Source: Alphaproteobacteria bacterium (GTDB lineage: Bacteria; Pseudomonadota; Alphaproteobacteria; UBA7887). From it: 64,000 bases of DNA. Positions within the stretch are counted from its first letter, which is position 1, and the number at the start of each line of letters is the position of its first letter. The DNA lies in NCBI GenBank assembly GCA_030739735.1, contig JASLYQ010000001.1, positions 159,633 to 223,632 of the forward strand, written 5' to 3'. The notes under the pieces are model-generated. The model did no database searches, had not been told where the DNA came from, and saw only the letters and a program-made list of their open reading frames with translations. Position numbers and translations under genes: made by a program. This document shows positions 23,388-33,694 of this stretch, one piece after another.

Positions 23388-24007
23388 GCGACGAAGTCAG
23401 GCACCGTCACGGTGTCCACGATCCTCATTACCGCCACCTCGCGATCGCGGTGCACGAACTGCTTGTCGAGAAAGGCGTGCTGAGTGAGGATCGAATTGAC
23501 CGCCAGATCGTGCGCATGGATGCACGTAGCCCGGCCGATGGTGCTCGCATGGTGGCCCGTGCCTGGACCGACCAGGCGTATCGCGCCCGCATGCTCGCTG
23601 ACGGTAGCGCCGCGGCCGAGGAAATCGGTCTCGTCGTCGACGGTACCCTGTTGGTGACAGTCGAAAATACGGACGCGGTGCACAATCTTTTCGTCTGCAC
23701 ACTTTGCTCCTGCTATCCGCGCTCGATTCTCGGCTTACCGCCGACCTGGTACAAGGCGCCGGAATACCGCAGACGGGTGGTGCGTGAGCCGCGCAAGGTG
23801 CTGGCCGAGTTCGGCGTCAGCGTGGCGGATGACGTCGAGCTGCGGGTGCACGATTCCACCGCCGATATGCGCTATATTGTACTGCCACGCCGACCCGACG
23901 GCACCGAGGGCTGGAGTGAGGACGCGCTTGCCAAGCTTGTGACCCGGGACAGCATGATCGGCGTTGGTCTGCCTTTGTCGCCGGAGACCGCACAAGCGGC
24001 AGAGTAG
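23384..24007 (+). CDS. nthA: Co-type nitrile hydratase alpha / thiocyanate hydrolase gamma (ScnC)-like subunit
   Basis: Metal-binding motif VCTLCSCYP (Thr/Tyr indicates Co-type), GARMVARAW, WYK, HDSTAD.RY.VLP.RP. Confidence 0.9.
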   Translation: MSDEVRHRHGVHDPHYRHLAIAVHELLVEKGVLSEDRIDRQIVRMDARSPADGARMVARAWTDQAYRARMLADGSAAAEEIGLVVDGTLLVTVENTDAVHNLFVCTLCSCYPRSILGLPPTWYKAPEYRRRVVREPRKVLAEFGVSVADDVELRVHDSTADMRYIVLPRRPDGTEGWSEDALAKLVTRDSMIGVGLPLSPETAQAAE

Positions 24008-24016
24008 GGCACAAGC

Positions 24017-24637
24017 ATGCTCAAGGTTTGGGGGCGGCGCAACTCGTCCAACGTACAGAAGGTGCTGTGGTTTTGCGACGAGGCGGCGCTACGCTTCAAA
24101 CACGAGGAGATCGGCGGCGAGTTCGGCCGTACCGCCGATGCCGACATGCTGGCGCGCAATCCCAATGCCCGCGTCCCCACCATTGAAGATGATGGTTTCG
24201 TGTTGTGGGAGAGCAACGCCATCCTGCGCTATCTCGGAGCAAAATATGCCTCCGGTGCCATGTTTCCGACCGAGCTCAAGGCCCGGGGCGATGCGGACCG
24301 CTGGATGGACTGGCAGCAATCTACGGTACTAGCACCGCTGACCACCATCTTCTGGGGTCGGGTGCGAACGCCCGAGGCCTACACTGAAGAGCAGATCGCG
24401 CAAGCCGAAACGGCGGCCGTGCAGCTCTGGAAGATTCTCGATACCCGCCTCAAGGGACGTGACTGGATCATGGGCGATACATTTACCATTGCCGACATAC
24501 CGCTCGCCATCCTCGCCTGGCGTTGGTTTTCGCTGGCCAAGGAACCGCCTACCATGGCGGCGCTTGACGCCTGGTTCGTGCGTATCCGTGCGCGTCCCGC
24601 ATTTGAGGCCCGCGTCTCCAGCATACCGCTCACCTGA
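24017..24637 (+). CDS. Glutathione S-transferase (GstB/YliJ-like)
   Basis: WGRRNSSNVQKV, NPNARVP, LWESNAI, DRWMDW. Confidence 0.92.
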   Translation: MLKVWGRRNSSNVQKVLWFCDEAALRFKHEEIGGEFGRTADADMLARNPNARVPTIEDDGFVLWESNAILRYLGAKYASGAMFPTELKARGDADRWMDWQQSTVLAPLTTIFWGRVRTPEAYTEEQIAQAETAAVQLWKILDTRLKGRDWIMGDTFTIADIPLAILAWRWFSLAKEPPTMAALDAWFVRIRARPAFEARVSSIPLT

Positions 24638-24678
24638 TAGCGTGGACAGACACCGTAGCTTGCGGCAGAGTTCTCCCT

Positions 24679-26358
24679 ATGCATGACTTGGTAATTAAAA
24701 ATACCGTCATTTACGACGGCAGTGGCGAAGCGCCGCAACATGCCGCGCTCGCCGTTAGCGAGGGCCGTATCGCGGAAATCGGTAGTGATGTTGGAGCCGG
24801 CCGCGAGGTTGTCGATGCGGAAGGCTTGGCGCTGGCGCCGGGTATCATCGACACCCACACCCATTACGACGCACAGGTCACCTGGGACCCCTGGCTAGAC
24901 CCCTCCTCACGTCTCGGCGTGACCACGGTGGTGATGGGCAATTGCGGCTTTACCGTAGCGCCCTGCAAGCCGCAGCACCGTGCGGCCACCGCACGCAATT
25001 TATGTAACGTAGAAGGCATGTCGATCGAGGCCTTGCGCGAGGGCATGCGCTGGGAGTTCGAGAGCTTTGGCAACTATCTAGATCATTTGGAGAGCCGTGG
25101 CGTTGGCCTCAATGTTGCGTGCTTTGCAGGCCATTCCTCGATTCGCACCTGGGTGATGGGCGACGACGCTACCGAGCGCGCGGCCACTGCGGACGAGATT
25201 GCGGCCATGGCAGACCTGGTGCGCGAGGCGATGGCAGCCGGCGCTATCGGCTTCGCTACCTCGACTTTCGAGGGCCACAACGGCGCCGGTGGCGTGCCCA
25301 TGCCCTCGCGGCTGGCAAAACAGGACGAGTTGCAAGCGCTCGTCGTCGCCATGGCCGAGGGCGACCGCGGCACCTTCATGCTCACGCGCGGCTCAGGCTC
25401 GCGGCTCAGCTTTCTCGAATCCCTTGCCGAAATGGCGCGGCGGCCGGTAATCGTCGCAGCGCTACTGCACAATCCTTTGAACGACCAGACAACGACGCGC
25501 GCAATGCAAAAGATCGCCGAGGCCAACAGCCGCGGGCGCGAGCTTTACGGCCAGGTCTCCTGCTGCCCGCTGACTTTGGATTTCACCTTGTACAACCCGT
25601 ACATGATGGAGGCGTTCGACTCCTGGAAGCCAATCATGGAAGCGGAGCCGGAAGACCTGCCACGCCTGTATCGCGACCCGGAGCTACGCGCCGCCGTGAA
25701 AGCCGAGATCGCCGAGCCGGGAAAAATAACCGCGTTCACCGGGGACTGGAGCGGCATCAAGGTCGCCGAGGTCGCGAACCCCGCCAACCGCGACAAGGAG
25801 GGTCGCGATACTGCCGACCTGGCAGCGGAGGCGGGCGTCGATCCACTCGACTGGATTCTCGACTTCGGTCTCAGCGAGGACATGAAAACGACCTTCGCCT
25901 CGGTGCTCTTAAACGCCGATAGCCAAGCGGTGGGTAAGCTGCTCAGCGACCCCTACAGCACGATCGCCTTGTCGGACGCCGGCGCACATCTCACCTTCTT
26001 TTGCGACGCCGGCTTCGGGCTGAATCTCTACGGCAGCTGGGTGCGCGAGCGTGGTCTGTTTTCGTTGGAGCGCGCAATCTACGAGATGACCGGCCGCCAG
26101 GCGGACATCTACCGTATTCGCGGCCGCGGGCGCCTCAGGCCCGGCGCTTGGGCCGACATGATGCTGTTCGACCCGACGACCGTAGCGCGGTCGCCCAACC
26201 TCCGCGTCCACGACCTGCCGGCCGGCGCCAGCCGCCTGGTCTATGATGCCAAGGGCCTGCACGGCGTCTGGGTCAATGGCAGCCACATTGCCGATGCTGG
26301 GGGCCTCATCACCAACGGCGCGTTGCCCGGCATGGTAATCCGTAAGTTCGATAGCTAA
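24679..26358 (+). CDS. N-acyl-D-amino acid deacylase family amidohydrolase
   Basis: PGIIDTHTHYD, GVTTVVMGNCG, SDAGAH. Confidence 0.9.
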   Translation: MHDLVIKNTVIYDGSGEAPQHAALAVSEGRIAEIGSDVGAGREVVDAEGLALAPGIIDTHTHYDAQVTWDPWLDPSSRLGVTTVVMGNCGFTVAPCKPQHRAATARNLCNVEGMSIEALREGMRWEFESFGNYLDHLESRGVGLNVACFAGHSSIRTWVMGDDATERAATADEIAAMADLVREAMAAGAIGFATSTFEGHNGAGGVPMPSRLAKQDELQALVVAMAEGDRGTFMLTRGSGSRLSFLESLAEMARRPVIVAALLHNPLNDQTTTRAMQKIAEANSRGRELYGQVSCCPLTLDFTLYNPYMMEAFDSWKPIMEAEPEDLPRLYRDPELRAAVKAEIAEPGKITAFTGDWSGIKVAEVANPANRDKEGRDTADLAAEAGVDPLDWILDFGLSEDMKTTFASVLLNADSQAVGKLLSDPYSTIALSDAGAHLTFFCDAGFGLNLYGSWVRERGLFSLERAIYEMTGRQADIYRIRGRGRLRPGAWADMMLFDPTTVARSPNLRVHDLPAGASRLVYDAKGLHGVWVNGSHIADAGGLITNGALPGMVIRKFDS

Positions 26359-26544
26359 GAGTCTGAGACAAAGGCCTTATAGGTCAGCGCCTCGGAGGTC
26401 TCCCAGAATCGTCGCGCCATAGTCTCGGGTTTCGAAGCGTGTAGCAGCCTTTACAGATCGTGCGCTCGATATCGTTACAGACCCCGTCCTCTCTTACTTA
26501 GACGTCCCCTCAGTACCGGGCCGCCACGGCGCATTTCACCCTGT

Positions 26545-27345
26545 TCAGCCGCCGCCGTGCCCACTAATGCCGTAATCGAATGCCCAGGCCATACCGTCCC
26601 GGGTGGCTCCGGCCGGGCTGTACTCGCAGCCGACCCAGCCACGATAGCCGAGACTGTCGAGCAAGTTGAACAGATAGGGATAGTTGATCTCGCCATTGTC
26701 GGGCTCGTGGCGACCGGGAACACCGGCGATCTGAATATGGTCGATTAGCGGCAGCGCTTCCTCCAGTTCCGCCGCCAGATTACCACCCATGATTTGGCGG
26801 TGATAAAGATCGAACTGCAAGAACAGATTGTCGCTCGCGACCTCATCCATGATGGCGCGTGCCTGATCGATGGTGTCGAGAAAATAGCCCGGCATGTCGT
26901 GCCGGGTATTGATCGGCTCGATCAGGGCGCGTACGCCGCGCCTAGCGCATTCCGCTGCCGCCCAACGCAGGTTGTCTATAAAGCACACATGAGCCGCCGC
27001 CGCATTGCCATCCGCCCCTAGCATGCCCGCCATCACGTGCAACCGCGGACAACGCAGGGTCTCGGCATAATCGAGCGAGCGGTGCACACCGTCACGGAAA
27101 TCCTCCTCCCGCCCCGGCACCGCGCCGAGCCCCCGCTCGCCCGCTGCCAGATCCCCAGGCGGCACGTTGAAAAGCACCAGTTCGAGCCCGTTGGCGAAAA
27201 GACGCTCGGCGATCTCGCCGATACGCCACTGGTAGGGAAACTGGAACTCGACCGCGCCAAAGCCGCAATTTGCTGCCCCCCGAAACCGCTCAAGAAAATC
27301 CAGCTCCGTGAACATCGTGGAGAGATTGGCGGCGAAGCGCGGCAT
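26545..27345 (-). CDS. Hydroxypyruvate isomerase family (Hyi/OtnI)
   Basis: MPRFAANLS, IEPIN, DLYH, HIQIAGVPGRHEP, GWVGCEY; start set to ATG 27345. Confidence 0.92.
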   Translation of the reverse strand: MPRFAANLSTMFTELDFLERFRGAANCGFGAVEFQFPYQWRIGEIAERLFANGLELVLFNVPPGDLAAGERGLGAVPGREEDFRDGVHRSLDYAETLRCPRLHVMAGMLGADGNAAAAHVCFIDNLRWAAAECARRGVRALIEPINTRHDMPGYFLDTIDQARAIMDEVASDNLFLQFDLYHRQIMGGNLAAELEEALPLIDHIQIAGVPGRHEPDNGEINYPYLFNLLDSLGYRGWVGCEYSPAGATRDGMAWAFDYGISGHGGG

Positions 27346-27361
27346 TGGCGTAGCGGCGCCC

Positions 27362-28534
27362 TCAAGCCGCCGGGTTGCGCGGCAAGGCTGTCTCCACGAG
27401 CCGCGCAAAGAAGCTCGCCCCAACGGGCAGGATCTCATCGTTGAAGTCGTAGTGCGGGTTATGCACTGTGACGCAGGCGGGACCGTCGCCATTGCCGACG
27501 AAGGCATAGGCACCGGGCTTTTCCTCAAGAAAGAACGAGAAGTCCTCCGAGCCCATGACGGGCGGTTGTGCCGGCGCCTCCGCGCCCAGCACGTTGGCCG
27601 CAACCTCACGCGCAAAGGCGGTCTCCGCGTCGTGGTTGCACGTCGGCGGGTAGCCCTTGCGGTAGGAGAAAGCGACGCCGGCACCGTGCGCCGCGGCAAC
27701 GCCCTCGAGCACCTCACGCATGCGGCGCTCAGCCATCTCGCCGACGGCGCTGTCGAAATGCCGCACCGTGCCGCCAAACTCCACCGTATCGGGAATCACG
27801 TTGAAGGCATCGCCAGCGTGCAGCGTGGTCACCGATATCACCAGAGTCGCCGAGGGATCCGCATTGCGCGAGACGATGCCCTGCAAGGCCGAGATCATAG
27901 CTGCAGCAGCCGGCACCGGGTCGGTAGCCATATGCGGCATGGCACCGTGGCCACCCTTGCCCTGGACGGTGACACGGAACTCGTCCGCCGCGGCCATCAC
28001 CGGGCCAGGCGACAGCGCGATGGTGCCCGTGGGCAGGCCCGGCATATTGTGCACGCCGTAAATGGAATCTACCGGATAGCGCTCGAACAGCCCGTCGTCG
28101 ATCATCGCCTTGGCACCAGCGAAGCCTTCTTCCGCGGGCTGGAAAACGAAAACCACGGTGCCAGCAAAATTGCGGTTCTCGGAGAGATATCGCGCGGCTC
28201 CCAGCAGCATCGCCGTGTGCCCGTCATGGCCACAGGCATGCATCAAGCCATCCTTGGTAGACTGATAGGATAGGCCCGTCTCCTCCGTAATCGGCAGGGC
28301 ATCCATGTCGGCGCGCAAGCCGATCGCAGGCCCGTCGCCATTGTGGATGACCCCCACCACACCCGTCTTGCCTATGCCTTCCGCGACCTCGTCGAGACCA
28401 AACTCGCGCAGTCGCTCCGCGACCACCGAGGCTGTGCGATGTTCCTCGTAGGCCAGCTCGGGATGGCGATGAATGTCACGGCGCCACTCGCGCATGACAT
28501 CGTGGAATGCCGCTATTCGATTGACGACTGGCAT
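27362..28534 (-). CDS. M20D amidohydrolase (hippurate hydrolase-like)
   Basis: HRHPEL, LRADMDALP, MHACGHDGH, FQPAEEG, GSEDF. Confidence 0.93.
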   Translation of the reverse strand: MPVVNRIAAFHDVMREWRRDIHRHPELAYEEHRTASVVAERLREFGLDEVAEGIGKTGVVGVIHNGDGPAIGLRADMDALPITEETGLSYQSTKDGLMHACGHDGHTAMLLGAARYLSENRNFAGTVVFVFQPAEEGFAGAKAMIDDGLFERYPVDSIYGVHNMPGLPTGTIALSPGPVMAAADEFRVTVQGKGGHGAMPHMATDPVPAAAAMISALQGIVSRNADPSATLVISVTTLHAGDAFNVIPDTVEFGGTVRHFDSAVGEMAERRMREVLEGVAAAHGAGVAFSYRKGYPPTCNHDAETAFAREVAANVLGAEAPAQPPVMGSEDFSFFLEEKPGAYAFVGNGDGPACVTVHNPHYDFNDEILPVGASFFARLVETALPRNPAA

Positions 28535-28715
28535 GGCCACTCCTTGCTGGTTGAGCATCTCCAAAGTACCGGACGTTAGCACGGGATCAGCGACTTCGCT
28601 ACGCGCCATGTCGCGTGCCAGTGCGAGGCTATTTCACAAGACCCGAACGCGACTTCGATGCTATAGAGATTGGCAAATTTTGGGGCAGGCTTGCAGCTGG
28701 AGGCAAGTGGGAACC

Positions 28716-29783
28716 ATGATTCCCGGTATGGGCATCAGACTGGCGGGCAGAATCTCGGAGGCTAGTATTCTAGTGATCGAGAACGATGCCACCCAGATGC
28801 AGCTGGTGACAGCCATGCTGAAGAGCATCGGCGCTGGCCGTGTCGCCTGCGCGCAATCGGCCGAGGACGCCTTCGCGGTCATCGGCTATCCAGAAGCTGG
28901 GCCGAAGACGCACCCGGTGGATCTAATCCTGATGGATGTGGTCCTAGCTGACAGCAACGGCATTGATCTGTACCAACGACTTGCCGCATCGCCGGCGATG
29001 GCGCTGGTGCCAATCATCATCATCACTTCCCTCTCCGATGCCGAGACACTCAAGGACGCCTTCGATGCGGGAGCCGCCGACTTCATTACCAAGCCGATCG
29101 CCGATTACGAGCTTGAGGCACGCGTCAGTGCGGCTCTCGGCTGGCGGCGTTCAATGCTGATCCGCATAGAGCGGGAGAATGAGTTGGAAAAGCGGGAGAA
29201 GGAACTGGTCAAGGTTACCGAGGTCCTGCAGCAGACAAACGAGCGGTTACAACTCTTGTCGACACGCGACGCACTGACGGGTATCGCCAACCGCCGCGGG
29301 CTGAACGATTTTCTCGAGATGGAATGGCGCCGCGCCGCGCGCGAGGAAGGCAGCCTATCCCTGTTGATGATCGACGTAGACGATTTCAAGAACTTCAACG
29401 ACACCCATGGGCATCAGGCCGGCGACGAATGCCTCTGGATGGTCGCCCTCTGTCTTAAGGACTGCCTCCATCGCGGCGCCGATATGGTTGGCCGCTATGG
29501 CGGCGAAGAGTTTCTTGCCGTGCTCCCCGATACACCGATCGAGGGCGCGATGAATGTGGCCGAGGTCATGCGGCAAAGCGTGGAAGAGAAAGGTATTGCC
29601 CACACCGAGTCCCGCACGGGCGCAGGCGTGGTTACGGTAAGCGTCGGTGTCGCCTGCGGTAAGCCGAAAATGGCAATGGTCTCTGATAGTTTGCTAACCG
29701 CCGCCGACACCGCACTCTACGAGGCCAAAAGCCAGGGCCGAAACCGTGTCGTCACCGCGCCAGATTTGGTGACGGCGGCTTAG
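28716..29783 (+). CDS. Response-regulator diguanylate cyclase (REC-GGDEF)
   Basis: DLILMD receiver, coiled coil, DALTGIANRR, RGAD I-site, RYGGEEF. Confidence 0.92.
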   Translation: MIPGMGIRLAGRISEASILVIENDATQMQLVTAMLKSIGAGRVACAQSAEDAFAVIGYPEAGPKTHPVDLILMDVVLADSNGIDLYQRLAASPAMALVPIIIITSLSDAETLKDAFDAGAADFITKPIADYELEARVSAALGWRRSMLIRIERENELEKREKELVKVTEVLQQTNERLQLLSTRDALTGIANRRGLNDFLEMEWRRAAREEGSLSLLMIDVDDFKNFNDTHGHQAGDECLWMVALCLKDCLHRGADMVGRYGGEEFLAVLPDTPIEGAMNVAEVMRQSVEEKGIAHTESRTGAGVVTVSVGVACGKPKMAMVSDSLLTAADTALYEAKSQGRNRVVTAPDLVTAA

Positions 29784-31498
29784 GCTTTCTTGCGATAGAC
29801 GGCACCCTCGCTGACCACATAATCGACCCGGTCGTCAGCTAGCGCCTGCGCGCATTCTTCTGGCGCATTGATAATCGGCTCCTCGTGAGCGTTAAAGCTG
29901 GTATTGATCAGCACCGGGATGCCACTGGCCTGCTTGTAAGCAGCGAGGATATCGTAATATAGCGGGTTGGGCTCGCGCTCGATAATCTGTGGCCGAGCGG
30001 TGCCGTCAACATGGACGACCGCCGGGATACGCGCACGCCATTCGGAGCGCACCGCGCAGGTAATGGTCATGAAACGGGCGGCATAGGAGAGCCCGTCACC
30101 AAGGACGAAGATCTCGGCCGCATCATCGGCCGCAACGACGGGTGCGAAAGGCATGAATTCCGTGCGCCCGAGCCTGGCGTTGAGAACGTCGTTGATGCGA
30201 CTATCGGTTGGCGCTGCAAGGATGCTGCGCGAGCCGAGCGCCCGCGGCCCGTATTCGCCACCGTGGCTGAAAATAGCGACCGCAGCGCCCTCTGTCAGCA
30301 ACTTCACCGCGGTCTCGACCGGCGCCCCAGGCAGAGCTTCGAGGCGGGCATCGCCGGCAAGAACGGTATCGGCCTTGCTACCCCAATCCCTCCCCAGATA
30401 GAGCGTATCGAGACGCCAGCGGCTCGCAAGCCAGCGCTCGAAACCGTCGCGGGCGAGCAAGAAATCGAGCACGCCGCCAGCCGCCAAACCAGCATCGCTC
30501 ATCGCGGGATAGACGAAAATCTCATCGACGTCCGTTTCCTCGGCAAGGCGTTGATTGAGTCGCACATTGCCGAAGACGCCGCCAGCCAGGCCCAGATTGC
30601 GTACCGGATGGCGTGTCAGCAAGCGTCGCACCGCGGTCAATACGGTCTCTTCCAGCAGAGTCTGGACGGAAGCAGCAACATCGGCAGGCTTGGCTCCATC
30701 TGCCAAGGCGAAGATATGCCTACGCATCGCCGTGTAGTTCTCGAAGTCGCTATTAATACAGCCCTTATTATCTACAGAAAAATGTGTAGCTAATGACTGG
30801 TACAGCGTCGGTTCACCGAACGCGGCGAGGCCCGTTAACTTCCCCTCGTGACGGTTCATACGATAGCCGAGCGCCTGCGTAGCATAGCCATAGGCCAGAC
30901 CCAGACTGTCAATACGCTGCGGCTCGAGAAGCCCCGCATCACCACCATGCAAGGTCTCGATGGCACCATCACGAAAGACGCGATGGCTGTATTGTACGTT
31001 GTCGCCACCGCCGTCGGCGGTGTAGAGCAGCGCCTCATCCCAGTCCGTATGGAACAGGGTAGGCAAGGCATGGGCGCGATGGTGATTGTAGAAAGTGACC
31101 GGAATGTCAGCGCGAAAGCCCTGCTCGCTCCTGAAGCGCTCGACGTTGAAGATTCCTGCTGCGTCCGTGCACCTGGCGCGGATCAGCTCGCGCTCCATGC
31201 TCTTCTGTTTTTGCTTGCCGAGCGCCTGGCGAACTTTGCCTTCAACCCAGCGCCCGCCGGAGAAATGGTTGAAGTAGTGCCAGGGAAAGACGGCCCGGCC
31301 GAGTGCCACCGCATCAACATCAACACGGCCCGCACCGACTACATCAAGGCATGCGTCGATTGCCTCGCCGGGGATGCGGCCACCGTCGATCTTGCGCCGG
31401 GTCAGGCGTTCTAGCTGGATGGCCGCACGCATGGCATAGTCCTCGAAGAGAATCGCCACGGCATCGTGGTGGCCGGAATGAACGCCGAGAATGAGCAT
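29780..31498 (-). CDS. NodU/CmcH family O-carbamoyltransferase
   Basis: GHHD, ERLTRRK, HHRAHA, DGGGD, EGKLTGLA, GPRALGSRS, PFAP, LINTSFN. Confidence 0.92.
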   Translation of the reverse strand: MLILGVHSGHHDAVAILFEDYAMRAAIQLERLTRRKIDGGRIPGEAIDACLDVVGAGRVDVDAVALGRAVFPWHYFNHFSGGRWVEGKVRQALGKQKQKSMERELIRARCTDAAGIFNVERFRSEQGFRADIPVTFYNHHRAHALPTLFHTDWDEALLYTADGGGDNVQYSHRVFRDGAIETLHGGDAGLLEPQRIDSLGLAYGYATQALGYRMNRHEGKLTGLAAFGEPTLYQSLATHFSVDNKGCINSDFENYTAMRRHIFALADGAKPADVAASVQTLLEETVLTAVRRLLTRHPVRNLGLAGGVFGNVRLNQRLAEETDVDEIFVYPAMSDAGLAAGGVLDFLLARDGFERWLASRWRLDTLYLGRDWGSKADTVLAGDARLEALPGAPVETAVKLLTEGAAVAIFSHGGEYGPRALGSRSILAAPTDSRINDVLNARLGRTEFMPFAPVVAADDAAEIFVLGDGLSYAARFMTITCAVRSEWRARIPAVVHVDGTARPQIIEREPNPLYYDILAAYKQASGIPVLINTSFNAHEEPIINAPEECAQALADDRVDYVVSEGAVYRKKA

Positions 31499-31732
31499 GT
31501 GTGATAGCACCGGAGAAGGGGCAAAAACGCGTCCCCCTCATGCCAAATTTTTGCTTCACTCGCAATGCGCCGCGATATTTTTATGTGCGAACGTACTGCT
31601 GCCCAGTTCCCCTGTCATGGCAGCCGATGAGCTATATATCGCTTTCGAAAGTGCGCCCCAGGTCAGCAGAGATGAGGCGTTGTTTCACGTCCCCACCGTC
31701 TGGCACGGGCGTTGCCGCGTGCCGATCTTGGC

Positions 31733-32665
31733 TTAGCCCTCGCGGATACCACGTGCAACCTCGGCGGCCCGCACCAGCGCGGTCAGCGTATCATGGGTCG
31801 GCGTGTCCACGCCTGCAGCCTTACCGGCGCCGGCGATGGCACCGTTGATGGCGTCTATCTCGCCCGGGCGACCCGCATCCATGTCCTGCCACATGGACGG
31901 CCGGCCATCGCGAATCTTGCTGCCGAATGCGTGTACATAGGCAACCGCGTCGTCGAAATCGAGGCTGATGCCTTTGGCGCGCGCTACCGCCGCGCCCTCG
32001 CTGGCACAAGCCGAAGCCACGGCCCAGGCATCGGCGTCGTCAAGCACGCCGCCCGCGGTCAGACCGGTCAGGGTGCAGACGGCGCTGAAGGTACCGTTGC
32101 AGATCAACTTCTCCCAGATTAGCTGGTGAATATCGTCGAAGCATTTCACGTGGAAGCCCGCGTTTCTCCATACCTTGGCGATGGCTTCGAGGCGCAACGT
32201 CACCGGGCCTTCCATCTCACCCAGGCGAATCATCTCCATGCCCTCATGGCGGGCATGTCCCGGCGCCAGCATCTTGGCGCCGAAGCCACCGGCTACGCCG
32301 ATGGTCACACGCGCTGCGCCGAGCGCCGCCGCCGCCGCATCACCACTGCCGAGACCGTTCTGGATGGTCAGCACGGGCGCCTCGGGCGCCAGCATGCCCA
32401 CCACGCTTTTAGCCGCGGCCCTAACGTGCCGTGCCTTGGTGGCAAGGATAACAAGCTCGCAGGCGCCCACCTCACTCGCTTCCGTGGTGGCGTTCAGAAC
32501 AACCGTATTGTCGCCGCTGGCACCCTCGATATGCAGGCCGTTCGCGCGAATCGCGTCGACATGCTCCTGCCAGACATCGACCGCCCAGATCTCGTTGCCG
32601 GCTTTGGCCAACAGCGCCGCATAGACCGAGCCCATGGCGCCACACCCCACCACCGCAATTTTCAT
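31733..32665 (-). CDS. panE: Ketopantoate reductase PanE/ApbA family
   Basis: GCGAMG, QNGLG, WEKL, SM.QD, EIDAING. Confidence 0.8.
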   Translation of the reverse strand: MKIAVVGCGAMGSVYAALLAKAGNEIWAVDVWQEHVDAIRANGLHIEGASGDNTVVLNATTEASEVGACELVILATKARHVRAAAKSVVGMLAPEAPVLTIQNGLGSGDAAAAALGAARVTIGVAGGFGAKMLAPGHARHEGMEMIRLGEMEGPVTLRLEAIAKVWRNAGFHVKCFDDIHQLIWEKLICNGTFSAVCTLTGLTAGGVLDDADAWAVASACASEGAAVARAKGISLDFDDAVAYVHAFGSKIRDGRPSMWQDMDAGRPGEIDAINGAIAGAGKAAGVDTPTHDTLTALVRAAEVARGIREG

Positions 32666-32762
32666 GCTTGCCTTCCTCCCGTCATAACGGCGCACAGTGT
32701 GTCCGAGCTGGCGGGCCACGGCAATGGCGTGCTATCGCTCAGGCCTCAGGTAGGAGTAAAAC

Positions 32763-33512
32763 ATGCGCGAATATGAGATTGAGCTCGGCACCGACGATGG
32801 CAACATGGACTGCTTCGTCTGCCATCCCGACGAGGGTGGACCTCACCCGGCGGTGATCCTGTACATGGACGCGCCCGGCATCCGCGAGGAGCTGCGCGAC
32901 ATGGCGCGGCGCATCGCCACGGTGGGCTATTTCGCGATGCTACCCAACATGTACTACCGCACCGGCCGCGAGAGTCATTACGGCTTCGATCTGTCGCGCA
33001 TCCGCGTCGACGATGGCGAGCAGAAAAAGATGTTCGGCGTCATGAACAGCTTGAGCAATGCTCGTGTGGTTGCCGACACCGGACCCATGCTCACGCATAT
33101 CCGAAGCACCGAGGCCGCTTCTGCAGGCGCCGTCGGCTGTGTCGGTTATTGCATGAGCGGGCAATATGTAGTCTCGGTCGCCGCGGCCTTTCCGGACGAC
33201 TTCGCCGCCATCGCTTCGTTCTACGGCGTCGGCATCATTACCGAGCGGGACGATTCACCACACCTCAAAGCGGAGCGCATCAAGGGAGAGCTTTATCTCG
33301 GCTTCGCCTCCGACGATCCTTACGTGCCGCAAGACCTGCTCGACCGCATGCCGGGCATCTTCAAGGCCGCTGGTGCCAATGCCCGTATCGAGGTCTACCC
33401 CGGCACCGAGCACGGTTTTGCCTTCCCGCAGCGCCCCGTCTACAACAAGCTGGCGGGCGAGCGTCACTGGCAGCGTATGCTGGCGCTGTTCGATCGCCGG
33501 CTACACGACTGA
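32763..33512 (+). CDS. Dienelactone hydrolase family
   Basis: MDAPGIRE, GYCMSG, HGFAF. Confidence 0.9.
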   Translation: MREYEIELGTDDGNMDCFVCHPDEGGPHPAVILYMDAPGIREELRDMARRIATVGYFAMLPNMYYRTGRESHYGFDLSRIRVDDGEQKKMFGVMNSLSNARVVADTGPMLTHIRSTEAASAGAVGCVGYCMSGQYVVSVAAAFPDDFAAIASFYGVGIITERDDSPHLKAERIKGELYLGFASDDPYVPQDLLDRMPGIFKAAGANARIEVYPGTEHGFAFPQRPVYNKLAGERHWQRMLALFDRRLHD

Positions 33513-33694
33513 GGGCTTACCGAAGATTGACGACAGGCTGTAAAGCTCTGCGCAAGCTCATCACCGCAAGGCCTCGACGAGAAGAAAATATCGACGAGGG
33601 CGGCGTCAATCTCGGCCGATTTCATCGATCCGACTCCAATTCAGCCCAACATGATCTAGCATAGCCACTCACTGGCAGAGCTCGCGAGGACGCA

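Noticed and set aside
31701-31724. Sigma-54-like TGGCAC-N5-TTGC motif
   Set aside because: It points into the 3' end of an oppositely oriented gene and is part of a GC hairpin (GGCACGGGC/GCCGCGTGCC), better explained as a 3' stem-loop of panE.
33513-33694. Possible receiver-domain remnant on the minus strand (IDAALVDIFF..GDELA)
   Set aside because: Too short and weak to support without a search.
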